A stretch of 64,000 nt of DNA, taken from assembly GCA_950097015.1 (NCBI GenBank), contig CATNEN010000038.1:2914001-2978000 (forward strand), in the 5' to 3' direction. The translations under genes and the position numbers were made by a program. Origin of the DNA: Macrostomum hystrix (taxonomy: Eukaryota; Animalia; Platyhelminthes). The notes under the pieces are model-generated. The model made no database searches and was not told the origin of the DNA. It saw nothing but the letters and a program-made list of their open reading frames with translations. Below, piece after piece: positions 38,395 to 51,557 of this stretch. The first letter of the stretch is position 1; each line of letters begins with the position of its first letter.

Positions 38395-39155
38395 AGCAGT
38401 TTCCAATCAGATTCTTCAGCAGTTTCCAATCAGATTCTTCAGCATTTTCCAATCAGATTCTTCAGCAGTTTCCAATCATATTTTTCAGCAGTTTCCAATC
38501 AGAATCTTCAGCAGTTTCCAATCAGAATCTTCAGCAGTTTCCAATCAGATTCTTCAGCAGTTTCCAATCAGATTCTTCAGCAGTTTCCAATCAGAATCTT
38601 CAGCAGTTTCCAATCAGATTCTTCAGCAGTTTCCAATCAGATTCTTCAGCAGTTTCCAATCAGAATCTTCAGCAGTTTCCAATCAGAATCTTCAGCAGTT
38701 TCCAATAATATATTTCAGCAGTTTCCAACCAGATTCTTCAGCAGTTTCCAATCAGATTCTTCAGCAGTTTCCAATCAGATTCTTCAGCAGTTTCCAATCA
38801 GATTCTTCAGCAGTTTCCAATCATATTTTTCAGCAGTTTCCAATCAGAATCTTCAGCAGTTTCCAATCAGAATCTTCAGCAGTTTCCAATCATATTATTC
38901 AGCAGTTTCCAATCAGATTCTTCAGCAGTTTCCAATCAGATTCTTCAGCATTTTCCAATCATATTATTTAGCATTTTCTAATCAGATTCTTCAGCAGTTT
39001 CCAATCAGATTTTTCAGCAGTTTCCAATCAGATTCTTCAGCAGTTTCCAATCATATTATTCAGCAGTTTCCAATCATATTTTTCAGCAGTTTCCAATCAG
39101 ATTCTTCAGCATTTTCCAATCAGATTCTTCAGCAGTTTCCAATCAGATTCTTCTG
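38395..39155. repeat. 23-bp minisatellite CAGCAGTTTCCAATCAGATTCTT
   Basis: Direct inspection, about 33 units. Confidence 0.93.
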
Positions 39156-39739
39156 CTGTCTCCGTGTTGTAAATTATTCAATGCATAGTGATTATCGATA
39201 CATCACGAACGCACCATGATATCTTTCCGTGTTCTTTAAATGCGCAAAGCATAAATTATTACTGTTACAAATTTAGATAAAAAACTCTGAACAGACGCTT
39301 ACCTTCTGAGTAGTATTGTAGGGTTTGGAATCAATCTAATTTTTGCTTATATTTTTGTCGTTGTTGTCAACTGCTTTATCAGAATAAGTTATTTCTTTCT
39401 CTGTATTTTCCTATTTTGTGATAAAAACTGACTAAAACGTATTTGAGTAGTGGAGAAGCTAATCTGGAACTATGTGATAACACGTTTCACACTATATATT
39501 CGCACATTCAAAATTTATTTATAGTCCCGGCACAATAAAAGGAAAAAATTTCAATGCTGATTTCAACAGTAAAAGTTGATTGAAATCCTGAAAACGGATG
39601 CTTATTGTTTTAATTAGTAATATATACGAGTATTTACAACAGTGCTAATTATATACGTCAAATATAACGAGGTTAATTGCTCTTGTACAGCATTTGACGT
39701 CACAAAGCAACTGATTGCAATGGGACTCTTGCGTTGGAT

Positions 39740-42700
39740 TCACAGGCCATCATTATTGACAGTGGGGTACCTAAACTGCCGCGGATTCGAACCATCGACC
39801 TCTGCCTCAAATGCTGCGCGAAGCTCGTCGCTTTCAGAAGTTGACACCGACAGTTCGCGGAATCGACGTCGGTGCTGCCGCCGGCGCCGACGCTGACGAT
39901 GGCTGCCTGGGCGCTGACTGCTGCGGCTCAGGCAGCTCTCCAACCAGGGACTGCGGCAATGATGTGGCAGACTGGGAGGCTGGAAAGTGCTCTCCGCCTC
40001 ATTGTCGAAGGCTCCCTCAGGTGGAGGCACCGCGAACCTGTCCCAGCTGCATGATGGAGAGGTGGAAATAGGATCTGGGATCTTGGATCTAGGATCTAGG
40101 ATCTGGGATCTAGGATCTAGGATCTGGGATCTGGGATCTTGGATCTGGGATCTTGGATCTGGGATCTAGGATCTGGGATCTTGGATCTGGGATCTCGGAT
40201 CTGGTGTCTTGCATCTGGGATCTTGGATCTGGGATCTTGCATCTGGGATCTTGGATCTGGGATCTTGGATCTGGGATCTTGGATCTGGGATCTGGGATCT
40301 TGGATCTGGGATCTTGGATCTGGGATCTAGGATCTGGGATCTTGGATCTGGGATCTCGGATCTGGTGTCTTGCATCTGGGATCTTGGATCTGGGATCTTG
40401 CATCTGGGATCTTGGATCTGGGATCTTGGATCTGGGATCTTGGATCTGGGATCTTGGATCTGGGATCTTGGATCTGGGATCTTGGATCTGGGATCTTGGA
40501 TCTGGGATCTCGGATCTGGTGTCTTGCATCTGGGATCTTGGATCTGGGATCTCGGATCTGGTGTCTTGCATCTGGGATATTGGATCTGGGATCTTGGATC
40601 TGGGATCTTGGATCTGGGATCTCGGATCTGGGATCTTGGATCTGGGATCTTGGATCTGGGATCTTGGATCTGGGATCTCGGATCTGGGATCTTGGATCTG
40701 GGATCTCGGATCTGGTGTCTTGCATCTGGGATCTTGGATCTGGGATCTTGGATCTGGGATCTTGGATCTGGGATCTTGGATCTGGGATCTTGGATCTGGG
40801 ATCTCGGATCTGGTGTCTTGCATCTGGGATCTTGGATCTGGGATCTTGGATCTGAGATCTTGGATCTGGGATCTTGGATCTGGGATCTTGGATCTAGGAT
40901 CTTGGATCTGGGATCTTGGATCTGGGATCTTGCATCTGGGAGCTAACATCTGCAATCGCGCATGTTTACCTGTCGATTGACGCCTCCTTGACGCTGCAAT
41001 CGGCGTCACCAGCGCTGTACTCGTCGCTGAAGAACCCTGCGACTCGGCGAAATACTGAAGCGCAAGCATATGGTGAGGCAGCCCTCACAGACTGCAACTT
41101 GCCGCTAAGGGACACCAGCTGGTGCTGCTGTTCGTGCTGTTGATCCTGGAGGAATGCCGGAGGAATCAAAGGTGGCAGCAGCAGTGGAAACGAGTCAGCA
41201 GACGTCACAGTCGTCGCCGCTGCAGCAGTAGGGATCTTGTCGTCAGCATGTAGACACGACCGCGGCCAGCTTTGCAAGTCCAGCCAGCTGCGTCGCCTGA
41301 CTGCGAAGGCGACGAAGGCGCAGAGGCCCAGCCAGAGGCAGGCGCCGCAGGCCATGACCGCCAGGAACCAGGACCCTCGACGCGCTGAAGCCGCCAGACG
41401 TCGCTGTTCGTGCGTCCAGGCGTCGCCGCCATCGGACGGGGCAACTCGCACCGGAGCTGAACGAACGCCCTCGCTGCGACAGTTGACGGAGGACAGGATC
41501 AGGCGGTAGGCTCCGCTAGACCGAAGATGAGTGAGGTTGACAGTCCGAGCTGGTGCGGGGACATTCACCTGGCTGACTGCTCGCCGAATCACTTCACCGT
41601 GGGCTGTCTCGGCGAAGATGTACAGCCGCGTTGCTATCAGAACACCGTTTCGTTTGTTGACCTCTGGTGGCTGCCAGGAGACGCGAAGCGGCCGCTGATT
41701 GGCCACTGTTGGCGACTCCGGTAGCCACTCGGTCACAATGTCCGAGGGAGCGGCCGACGGCGACGCTTCCCGAGTGAGGATCAGCCGCCGCTCCGGAACT
41801 CCCACCGGCAGCGGCCTGACAAGAGTTGAGTAGCAGGCGAATGCGCGCAGTCGACGCTGCAGCAGGGCTCGATGTCGCGATCGTCCTTCGTCACCGTTTT
41901 TGGCGCCTTCGTCGGACGCTGTGACAATTTCCACGGACTCATGCTCGGGCAGAGCTCGCTGATTGGTGCGCTCAAAGTGAGTTTGAGCATTGCGTAGATG
42001 CTCGGCCATGGCCGCTGGGCTGGCATTAAGCGAGCAGGGGCCCGGGTCCATCGCAGAGTCATTGTTGACCAGTGCAGGTGGCGAGTAACTCGCGGTTGCT
42101 AGGCAGTTGCTGAGCGGCTCTTGGTGGTAGGAAACTCGAAAGCCAGCGACGGAGCTGAGAGCCGCCGGAGAGCCCAGCAGACGCCATGAGGCCACGGCTA
42201 GCGAGTGTTCGAGCGGCTGAAACAATGGAGAGGTGCTTATCTCAATCCACAAGATTCCATTCGACCCGCAATCATCGAGTGGGCAAGTCCGCCCTTCCCG
42301 TTAACCTAAACGCACATTTTCACCGGCCGCCAGCTGGAAACATCGGAGGCTGGTGTGATTTCGTGTTTCGGCGAAAGCTAATTTCACCTGCTTAGCTCGC
42401 TGATTTAGCTACATATGTCTAAGTATACGGTCCTTATAATCTAAAGTACTTCTGAAACACAACTTAACTAGAATCATTATTTAAAACTATTACTAATATT
42501 AATGTATAGGGGTGAGTGCAGAACACGCTTGCCTCTCGTACCAAGATCCCGGAGTTCGATTCCGCGGCGAGGCCACATTTATTTGGGGCGCAGCCGCGGA
42601 GAGAAGGCTTGGGGGCTTGTCGTGCAATTTACACCTTTTAGGGCCAACCTCCACGGCACAGTGAAAGTGTACACTGCCTGACACCTAATGCGGGTCTCTG

Positions 42701-45700
42701 TGCCATTGCCCGCAGTCCTCAAAAAAGTACTTTTTTCATTACTTACAGGTCCTCATTGTATTTAACAAAAATGCTGTTTTGTCAAGTAAGGCGTTCAAAG
42801 TACCAACCGTGACAAGCAGATCGGTGACTCTCGGAGATCCACCGCCACCGCCGCTGACTCCGGCGACATCACCTCGAAGTTCCAGTCGACGCCAGTGTCT
42901 CTGCCGCGGCTGCCTTGGGGTTCGCACCGGCGGTGACAGGTCGGACGGCAGTGACAGCTGGCGCTGCTGCTGGCTGCGGTTTGAACGGGATGCGCCGTTT
43001 TCAGACGCCTCACCGCAGTCGGTGGCAGCTCGAGCCAGAAATCGGCACATCGATTCCGGTGGCAAGCTGTCCGCCTTCACCAGCCGAGACTCGAAGAGGC
43101 CTGGAAAAAAATTATTTTGGACTAGAGATTTCAGGTCCATGATAACCTGAGTACATTGCTGAATCTGGGATCTTCGATCTGGGATCTTGGATCTGGGATC
43201 TTGGATCTGGGATCTTGGATCTGGGATCTTGGATCTGGGATCTTGGATCTGGGATCTTGGATCTGGGATCTTGGATCTGGGATCTTGGATCTGGGATCTT
43301 GGATCTGGGATCTTGGATCTGGGATCTTGGATCTGGGATCTTGGATCTGGGATCTTGGATCTGGGATCTTGGATCTGGGATCTTGGATCTGGGATCTTGG
43401 ATCTGGGATCTTAGATCTGGGATCTTGGATCTGGGATCTTGGATCTGGGATCTTGGATCTGGGATCTTGGATCTGGGATCTTGGATCTGGGATCTTGGAT
43501 CTGGGATCTTGGATCTGGGATCTTGGATCTGGGATCTTGGATCTGGGATCTTGGATCTGGGATCTTGGATCTGGGATCTTGGATCTGGGATCTTGGATCT
43601 AGGATCTTGGATCTGGGATCTTGGATCTGGGATCTTGGATCTGGGATCTTGGATCTGGGATCTTGGATCTGGGATCTTGGATCTGGGATCTTGGATCTGG
43701 GATCTTGGATCTGGGATCTTGGATCTGGGATCTTGGATCTGGGATCTTGGATCTGGGATCTTGGATCTGGGATCTTGGATCTGGGATCTTGGATCTGGGA
43801 TCTTGGATCTGGGATCTTGGATCTGGGATCTTGGATCTTGCATCTGGGATCTTGCATCTGGGATCTGGGATCTGGGATTTTAGATCTGGGATCTGGAATC
43901 TTGCATCTGAAAACCCCACCTGTTCTCACCTGCATAGCGGTACCAGGTTCGCTCGCTGCCGAGTGAATCGCAGATTCTCTCCAGCCGGTAAACACGTCGG
44001 CAGGTGTCCCCGATGCGCAAAAGCGCCCAGTCTCCACCAGTGTCAACAATTTCAACACTTCCAGGCGGTTCCGATGGCTTCCGTCGGGGATGTCCGGTCA
44101 GCTCGGCGGCGCTGATGACGCTGACGTTCACAGGCTCGGGCCACTGGATGACACCAAATCCTGGCACGTCTATCGAGCAGGCGTAGCGCCCGGAGTCCGA
44201 CAGCTGAGCGGATTCGATCACCAGACTGCCGTCCGCTTGTGAGCTCAGCTGCTCCGCCTGGTCTTGAGCGCTGGTCGGACGGCTGGAAATTTGTTGTCAA
44301 TTCACTGATTGTTTGTCTCCTCAGTTAAGCACAGTTTGAGAACTCTGCCCATTTCGCTGACTCCTGTGCACACACTGCACACAGGCATGACTTTCTCATC
44401 TTCAAGCAGTGCACACTCTCACATTGCCGTGGAGGTTGGCCCTCAAGGGCGTAAATTGCACGACAAGCCCCCAAGCCTTCTCTTCGCAACTGCGCCCCAA
44501 ATAAATGTGGCCTCGCCGCGGAATCGAACTCAGGGACCTTGATACTCCTCTCCTTGTTGCAGCATATTCATTTCTATGGCATCTCCATGTTGTGAAATGT
44601 AAAAACAATGAGCCAGGAGTATTTTCTTAGAAGCACCTGCGGCTCCAGACCGTTCGGCTGCCGACAACCGGCTGAGTCAGGCTGCAGTCGAGATGCAGCC
44701 GACCTCCGATGGCCAACAAAACGACCGACGGAGGTCCTTCGCCGATTATTGGCACCGACGTCGAGGACTCTGACAAAGTTGTCGACTTTTCTGCTGCCGG
44801 CGTATCGAGAACATTCAGCCGAGCGGCAGCCTGGACGGAGCCGACAGCGTTAGTGGCGTGGCACTGGTACTGCCCGGCATGACCGCGATTCACCGGCCAG
44901 ATCGTCAGCGAGCCGTTGTCGCCGACTCGAAGGCCGCCAATATCGTCGTCATCGGCGTCGTCCAAGTCGCCGGAGGACGCTGCAAAGAGAAATCGCCCGA
45001 GTCCCTTCGACCAGTAGACGGTGGGCGTCGGGTTGCCGACGGCGCGACAATTAAGAACCACGCGACTGCCCAGCGCTACAGTTTCGTCAGCCGGTGTTTC
45101 TAGGAAAGTTGGTCTACTCAGCACCGTCAGCCGGGCAGCGGACTCGATGGTGGCTCCTCCGAAGCTGGCTGCTTCGCAGATGTACCTGCAAGTGGCCGTG
45201 ATAGGTTCCAGTATAAAAATAAGTTTTTATCAATTGGTAAAAAGCATATCTTGCGAATCCACGAGATGCGCAACTGATTGCAAAACAGCAGACAAGACTT
45301 CAGTGCAATCGTTCGATTTAGATCGTAGAAGCCCGTGCACCGATAATGGACCGCGGTGTTTACCCCACCTGTTTGCCCGCAGGATTTCCAGATGAACAGG
45401 AGACAGAACCGGCCAAAATCTGACCCGAGGGAATAAAGGATTAATTCGGAGTAGAATCTTGACCTTACACACTGGATTCTTGAAATATATACGAGCGTAA
45501 TTTCAACTGCTTTCTAGTTTCATTCCTACTGAAGTACAATGGTAGCACTGTAGGCTCCTCACAGAAGCGACCTTACCGACTTCAAGGATTCGGTTCTCGC
45601 GCCCTGGTCCTGAGCTCGAATCCGTAACGGCTCCGTAGAGAAAGCTTGGAAGCCTTGTTTTGCAATTTACACGAGGGCCAGATCCTAAACAGTACACTAA

Positions 45701-47270
45701 GAGATGAGAAAGTCAAGGGCCACTGTTCACCATGTGTGAGTTTGAGGTGCTGCTAATTGGTCACGCCAAATTGCCGACAGCTCCTGGAAACATTATAATT
45801 ACGATTCTTGCTAATTCCGCCTCACCTGCCGGCGTCACCAGAACTAACGCTTGCCAGCACGATGGAGCCATTGTCGAGCAGCTGGGTTCGCCTTGGTGGC
45901 GGCATCGGCTGCCTGTCACCGGTCAGCGACTCTCGACGCCAATTCAGCGCTGGTCGCAAACGCTTGTCGTCGCTGGCGGCGCAGTGGAAGGAGGCGGTCT
46001 CGCCAGCCAGGACGGTCTGGTCACGCGGTCGGACGCTGAAGCTCGGCCGGTTGTCAAGACTCGAGTCAGAAGTTGAAGGCAAGACAACAGAGAGCCGCCC
46101 GACGGGCGACTGCAACACGCCAGCTGAAAATTATATTCCTTGGTGTCAAAAAATACCAGATCCCAGATCCAAGATCCCAGATCCAAGATCCCAGATCCAA
46201 GATCCCAGATCCAAGATCCCAGATCCAAGATCCCAGATCCAAGATCCCAGATCCAAGATCCCAGATCCAAGATCCCAGATCCAAGATCCCAGATCCAAGA
46301 TCCCAGATCCAAGATCCCAGATCCAAGATCCCAGATCCAAGATCCCAGATCCAAGATCCCAGATCCAAGATCCCAGATCCAAGATCCCAGATCCAAGATC
46401 CCAGATCCAAGATCCCAGATCCAAGATCCCAGATCCAAGATCCCAGATCCAAGATCCCAGATCCAAGATCCCAGATCCAAGATCCCAGATCCAAGATCCC
46501 AGATCCAAGATCCCAGATCCAAGATCCCAGATCCAAGATCCCAGATCCAAGATCCCAGATCCAAGATCCCAGATCCAAGATCCCAGATCCAAGATCCCAG
46601 ATCCAAGATCCCAGATCCAAGATCCCAGATCCAAGATCCCAGATCCAAGATCCCAGATCCAAGATCCCAGATCCAAGATCCCAGATCCAAGATCCCAGAT
46701 CCAAGATCCCAGATCCAAGATCCCAGATCCAAGATCCCAGATCCAAGATCCCAGATCCAAGATCCCAGATCCAAGATCCCAGATCCAAGATCCCAGATCC
46801 AAGATCCCAGATCCAAGATCCCAGATCCAAGATCCCAGATCCAAGATCCCAGATCCAAGATCCCAGATCCAAGATCCCAGATCCAGATCCCAGATCACTG
46901 TTAATCAGGTGATCCCTGCTCACCTGACGTCGCAGTCTCGCAGACGTACTCTCCAGCGTCTGCCATCTGCACTGGAGAGAGCTTCAGCATCCCATTGTCC
47001 AGACGGACTCTCTTGCCATCCGCTGAGAGGCTGGTGGCATTCAAGCGGCGCCACTTGAACCGAGTCCCCAGTCGGCTGGTCTCGTAGTCTTTGGCAGCGC
47101 TGAAGCTGACCAGTCGGCAAGACATGACGACGTTGCTGCCGGCGACCACGGCGCCTGTCGGGGTTTCCAGAATGACCGCGGCTCCGGGTTGGATTGACGT
47201 AGCAAGCGCTCGGGCTTGCCGGACGGTCAGGAGGCTGACGAGAATAAGCAGAAGCTCTCTCGGCAGCTGC
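39740..47270 (-). CDS. robo: Roundabout (Robo)-like Ig/FN3 transmembrane receptor
   Basis: Exons about 47270-46924, 46123-45826, 45185-44637, 44282-43930, 43100-42808, 42216-40970, 40046-39740 join with GT-AG in phase. Four Ig domains (DAGEYVC, DAGRYIC, CRAVGNPTPTVYW..HAGQYQC, DSGRYAC), three FN3 (e.g. VSWQPPEVNKRNGVL), TM WFLAVMACGACLWLGLCAFVAFAV, cytoplasmic SPYA (CC1-like) and VPPP. Start codon not found. Confidence 0.8.
40070..40940. repeat. 14-bp satellite GGATCTGGGATCTT in a robo intron
   Basis: Direct inspection. Confidence 0.95.
42508..42720 (+). mobile_element. tRNA-derived SINE copy (internally deleted)
   Basis: GGGGTGAGTG..GAGTTCGATTCCGCGGCGAGGCCACATTTATTTGGGGCGCAGCC matches the family. 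Confidence 0.82.
43163..43908. repeat. 14-bp satellite GGATCTGGGATCTT in a robo intron
   Basis: Direct inspection; nearly perfect array. Confidence 0.95.
44340..44541 (-). mobile_element. tRNA-derived SINE partial copy
   Basis: Reverse complement of the family body, including the B-box region (GGAATCGAACTC). Confidence 0.8.
46158..46895. repeat. 14-bp satellite AAGATCCCAGATCC (inverted relative to the 40070 and 43163 arrays)
   Basis: Direct inspection; exact reverse complement of the unit. Confidence 0.95.
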
Positions 47271-47429
47271 TCGCCATTGTTTGAGGGGTGGAATTGACAC
47301 GAAATTAGTGCAATATTTGCGTATTTTGTCTAAGTAAGTGAAGACTGGATTCTAAGCTTCTTTTTGGGAATTATGGTGTAGTAGAACATGGCGTAGACCA
47401 TTGATGTAGACCATTGGCGGATAAGAGAC

Positions 47430-47895
47430 GGATCAGGGGAGGATCAGAGGCGGATCAGTGCCGGATCAGGGGCGGATCAGTGCCAGATCAGGGGCGGATC
47501 AGGGGGCGGATCAGTGCCGGATCAGGGGAGGATCAGGGGAGGATCAGTGGCGGATCAGGGGCGGATCAGGGGTGGATCAGGGCGGATTAGAGGAGGATCA
47601 GGGGCGGATCAGTGCCGGATCAGTGCCGGATCAGAGGAGGATCAGGGGCGGATCAGGGGCGGATCAGTGCCGGATCAGGCGAGGATCAGGGGAGGATCAG
47701 GGGAGGATCAGAGGAGGATCAGGGCGGATCAGAGGAGGATCAGGGCGGATCAGGGGCGGATCAGAGGCGGATCAGTGCCGGATCAGGGGAGGATCAGGGG
47801 CGGATAAGTGGCGGATCAGAAGCGGATCAGGGGCGGATCAGGGTGGATCAGGGGCGGATCAGGGGCGGATCAAGAGCGGATCAGGACAAGATCAG
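47430..47895. repeat. G-rich minisatellite GGATCAGGGGC-like
   Basis: Direct inspection. Confidence 0.88.
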
Positions 47896-48455
47896 GGTCT
47901 TCAATTGGACCGAAAATACTTCAGTTGTCTATGCGGTTCAACTCGGCAACAAAAATTTGGAATTGTGACTCATCTGGTCGCTAATTTACTTGCTGTCGCC
48001 TTAGATGCTCATTTACTTTTTTGTCGATGAAGAGGTCAGCCGGAGATTCTGTGTGAGTCATCTCCCACCGTCCCAGCTAAGCAGAATTCAATTACCATAC
48101 TCTTTATGATCACCCGGGGGACAAGTCAGAGGGGATTATGAGCGATGAGCGAGGGTTGGGTGAGGAAAGGAGAGCGGTGTGTTGAGTCGGTGACGCGACA
48201 GCAAATTCTGGAAGCTGTGAGTCACAGACAGACGCTGGTGTTACCGCGGAGGAAAAAAGAAATAAGTTATTATCACAGCAGAGTCCCGTGTTGAGCTGGG
48301 GTAATGTTTGCTCGCATAATATCCTGCTCGTAAAATAGTGCTCACTCTTGTTTTCTAGCTCTGTCTCTCTGTTTGTTCTGTATATTTTTCAGTATACATG
48401 TATGTTCTTTATCGTTATAACAATAATAGTAATAATAATAAATGTATTAGTAAAA

Positions 48456-48625
48456 AATAATAAAATAATCCTGCAGATCCTGCAGACAGCCGACGCCACA
48501 GCCGCAGCTATCGCGTTAAGTGTTAAGTGCCTTGCTAAATGACACGAATTGTTCCAGTGGAGTCGGGAATCGAACCCCCGACCTTAAAGTCGTGATTCAG
48601 ACTCTCTGACAACAAGACTACAACC
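48456..48625 (-). mobile_element. Second tRNA-derived SINE with a CORE-like segment
   Basis: Minus strand has B box GGTTCGATTCC (48566-48576), then GTGTCATTTAGCAAGGCACTTAAC (48522-48545), resembling the CORE consensus GTGACCTTGGGCAAGTCACTTAAC, then an ATT-rich tail. Confidence 0.55.
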
Positions 48626-49030
48626 TCTCGTTATAGTGACGTACTAAGTTCGAATCCTATTTATAAATTCTAAATCGCTTCAGTTTATGAAACTGTAGTT
48701 GAGGTACAACAGCATTATATTATATTCGGGTAGAAATTCAGGTGGGACTGGTAGGTCCACGGACTGAACAGTCGTACACAGCATTATGAAGCGCCGCGAA
48801 ATAGCTGCGGCTGTGGCACTGGCTGTACCAACTAGTTTAGGTGTCAGTTCTATCCGTCTTACTGCAATGTTTTATTCATTTCTCACTAAAAGCTTCCCCG
48901 CTTATTACTCGCATGACTGAGTTAATGCAAGGTTTACTCCAGTCACCATTTTCGTCCACAATTTCTCGCCCAACCTCACTGACTTCCATTTCCCTCGTTC
49001 CGCTTCACCCCAACTCTGCATTTTGATGAC

Positions 49031-49051
49031 TAAGTAAGTAAGTAAGTAAGC

Positions 49052-49106
<55 letters not shown>

Positions 49107-49107
49107 C

Positions 49108-49156
<49 letters not shown>

Positions 49157-49191
49157 GGTAAGTAAGTAAGTAAGCAAGCAGGTAAGTAAGC

Positions 49192-49255
<64 letters not shown>
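49031..49255. repeat. (TAAG)n microsatellite
   Basis: Direct inspection. Confidence 0.95.
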
Positions 49256-49569
49256 TAGTGCTCCAACAGCGCCTCAAACTAGGAGACTTACCATATTTCT
49301 GGCTTTTTGGAAAAAGTCAATCCTGCCTTTGAGGTATAGTTTTCGGAGCAATTTTTACTCTCGACAAATTCGAACACGAATATAAGCAGCATTGTGTAAG
49401 CTGCATAGTCTCTATCTTGTCCATGATTGGCTGTGACAAGCGCTTCAGTCCTGCGTCCCTCTGTGCTAATTGGTTCCCCGCTATGAACTGCAACTTCAGT
49501 GTTCCTGCTGTTCCTTCTGCTTGATTTTTAGACATACTGGCAAACTGTATCGGTTCGTCCCTGCCTAGG

Positions 49570-50390
49570 TACCTGTCTCCGTCTACCTGTCTCCGTCTAC
49601 CTGCCTCCGTCTACCTGTCTCTGTCTACCTGTCTCCGTCTACCTGTTTCTGTCTACTTGTCTGTCTACCTGTCTCTGTCTACCTGTCTATCTACCTCTCT
49701 CTGTCTACCTGTCTCTGTCTGCCTGTCTCTGTCTGCCTGTCTCTGTCTACATGTCTGTCTACCTCTCTCTGACTACCTGTCTCCATCTACCTGTCTCCGT
49801 CTACCTGTCTCCGTCTACCTGTCTCCGTCTACCTGTCTCCGTCTACCTGTCTCCGTCTACCTGTCTCTGTCTACCTGTCTCCGTCTACCTGTCTCCGTCT
49901 ACCTGTCTCCGTCTACCTGTCTCCGTCTACCTGTCTCCGTCTACCTGTCTCCGTCTACCTGTCTCCGTCTACCTGTCTCCCTCTACCTGTCTCCGTCTAC
50001 CTGTCTCCGTCTACCTGTCTCTGTCTACCTGTCTCTGTTTACCTCTTTCTGTCTTCCTGTCTCTGTCTACCTGTCTCTGTCTACCTGTCTCCGTCTACCT
50101 GTCTCCGTCTACCTGTCTCCGTCTACCTGTCTCCGTCTACCTGTCTCCGTCTACCTGTCTCCGTCTACCTGTCTCCGTCTACCTGTCTCTGTCTACCTGT
50201 CTCTGTCTACATGTCTGTCTACCTCTCTCTGACTACCTGTCTCCATCTACCTGTCTCCGTCTACCTGTCTCCGTCTACCTGTCTCCGTCTACCTGTCTCC
50301 GTCTACCTGTCTCCGTCTACCTGTCTCCGTCTACCTGTCTCCGTCTACCTGTCTCCGTCTACCTGTCTCTGTCTACTGTCTCTGTCCACC
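49570..50390. repeat. 14-bp minisatellite TACCTGTCTCCGTC
   Basis: Direct inspection. Confidence 0.93.
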
Positions 50391-51007
50391 AGTCTCTCAC
50401 TGTCTATTTGTCCTTGACTCATGTATCCAGCAAGTTGCCAATTTCTGCAAAATCATATTAAATTTTTGATCCTAACGTTCCAGTCCCGAAAAGAAGATTT
50501 GCCTTACAAGAACTTTTAGAAGGCCAAAACGCACACTGTAAATTTGCCCAGAAGTTTCTGTGAAAGTCAAAAAATTGCACCAACGTTAAAGCACTATCGT
50601 TAGAAGAGAAACGACTTTTACATTCTTGGCCTCGACCTGGCCTGTACCAAATCTCTGCATTCCACGGAACTTCCCTAACAGGTCCAGGTAACTGAACCCA
50701 GACCATTGTTTTCTTAAGCAGCCAAACAGCTTTGCTAGTGGGTGGAATTCGGCTGGTGCAAAGCATGCACCCAGCTGTTCAGGTGTTGCTCCAACTCCAG
50801 ATAAACAAGAACGGCTGCTTGTTGAACTTTTGCTGAGAGAAAAAAATACTAAACAGAAGTTGTTTAAGATGAGGCTGGTTACCCCCAGCCCTGCGTTTAT
50901 GAAATTAATCTGATGGCGCCGGCTGATGAGTACGTCGGAGGCTGGTTTGAGTTCGCTTTTTGCTGTGTCTGATTGAGTAATGCAAGATGTAATTTCACCT
51001 GCTAACA

Positions 51008-51165
51008 AGTAGGTCCCTGAGCTCGATTCCGCGGCGAGGCCACTTTCATTTAGGGCGCAGCCGCGGAGAGAAGGCTTGCGGGCTTGTCGTGCAATTTACG
51101 CCATTTTTGGCCAATGTTCAAGGCACAGTGAAAGTGTACACTGCCTGGTGATGAGAAATTCAGGG
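51008..51165 (+). mobile_element. Truncated SINE copy
   Basis: GGTCCCTGAGCTCGATTCCGCGGCGAGGCC...GATGAGAAATTCAGG matches the family. Confidence 0.8.
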
Positions 51166-51191
51166 TTAATTCGTGAATAGGGGTGTATGAA

Positions 51192-51557
51192 GGGGGGTGA
51201 GTGGCAGAGCGGTTATCGCGTTTGCCTCTCGCACCAAGGTCCCTAAGTTCGATTCCACGGCGAGGCCACATTTATTTGGGGCGCAGCCGCGGAGAGAAGG
51301 CTTGGGGGCTTGTCGTGCAATTGACGCCCTTGAGGGCCAACCTCCAAGACACAGTGAAGTGTACACTGCCTGACGATGAGAAAGTCAGGCCAGATGTACA
51401 CACCTGTGTGAGCGTATGCCTGCGTACAGTATCTGTGTGCGTGTGTGCTCAGGAGTCAGCGAAATGGGCAGAATTGCCTCCTCGCTGGCTGCGGGTCTAG
51501 TGTCACCAAATGATGTGCCATTGCCCGCAGCCCTCCTGCAATTATTATTATTATTAT
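51192..51557 (+). mobile_element. Full-length tRNA-derived SINE (about 365 bp) with 14-bp TSD
   Basis: A box TGGCAGAGCGG (51202-51212), B box GTTCGATTCC (51247-51256), (ATT)n tail, TSD TAGGGGTGTATGAA at 51178-51191 and 51558-51571. Confidence 0.92.

Noticed and set aside
50458-51008. Short ORFs between the 14-bp array and the SINEs
   Set aside because: No recognisable motifs or consistent exon structure.
51192-51265. Possible tRNA gene
   Set aside because: The A/B boxes belong to a SINE head that continues into a repeated body, tail and TSD.
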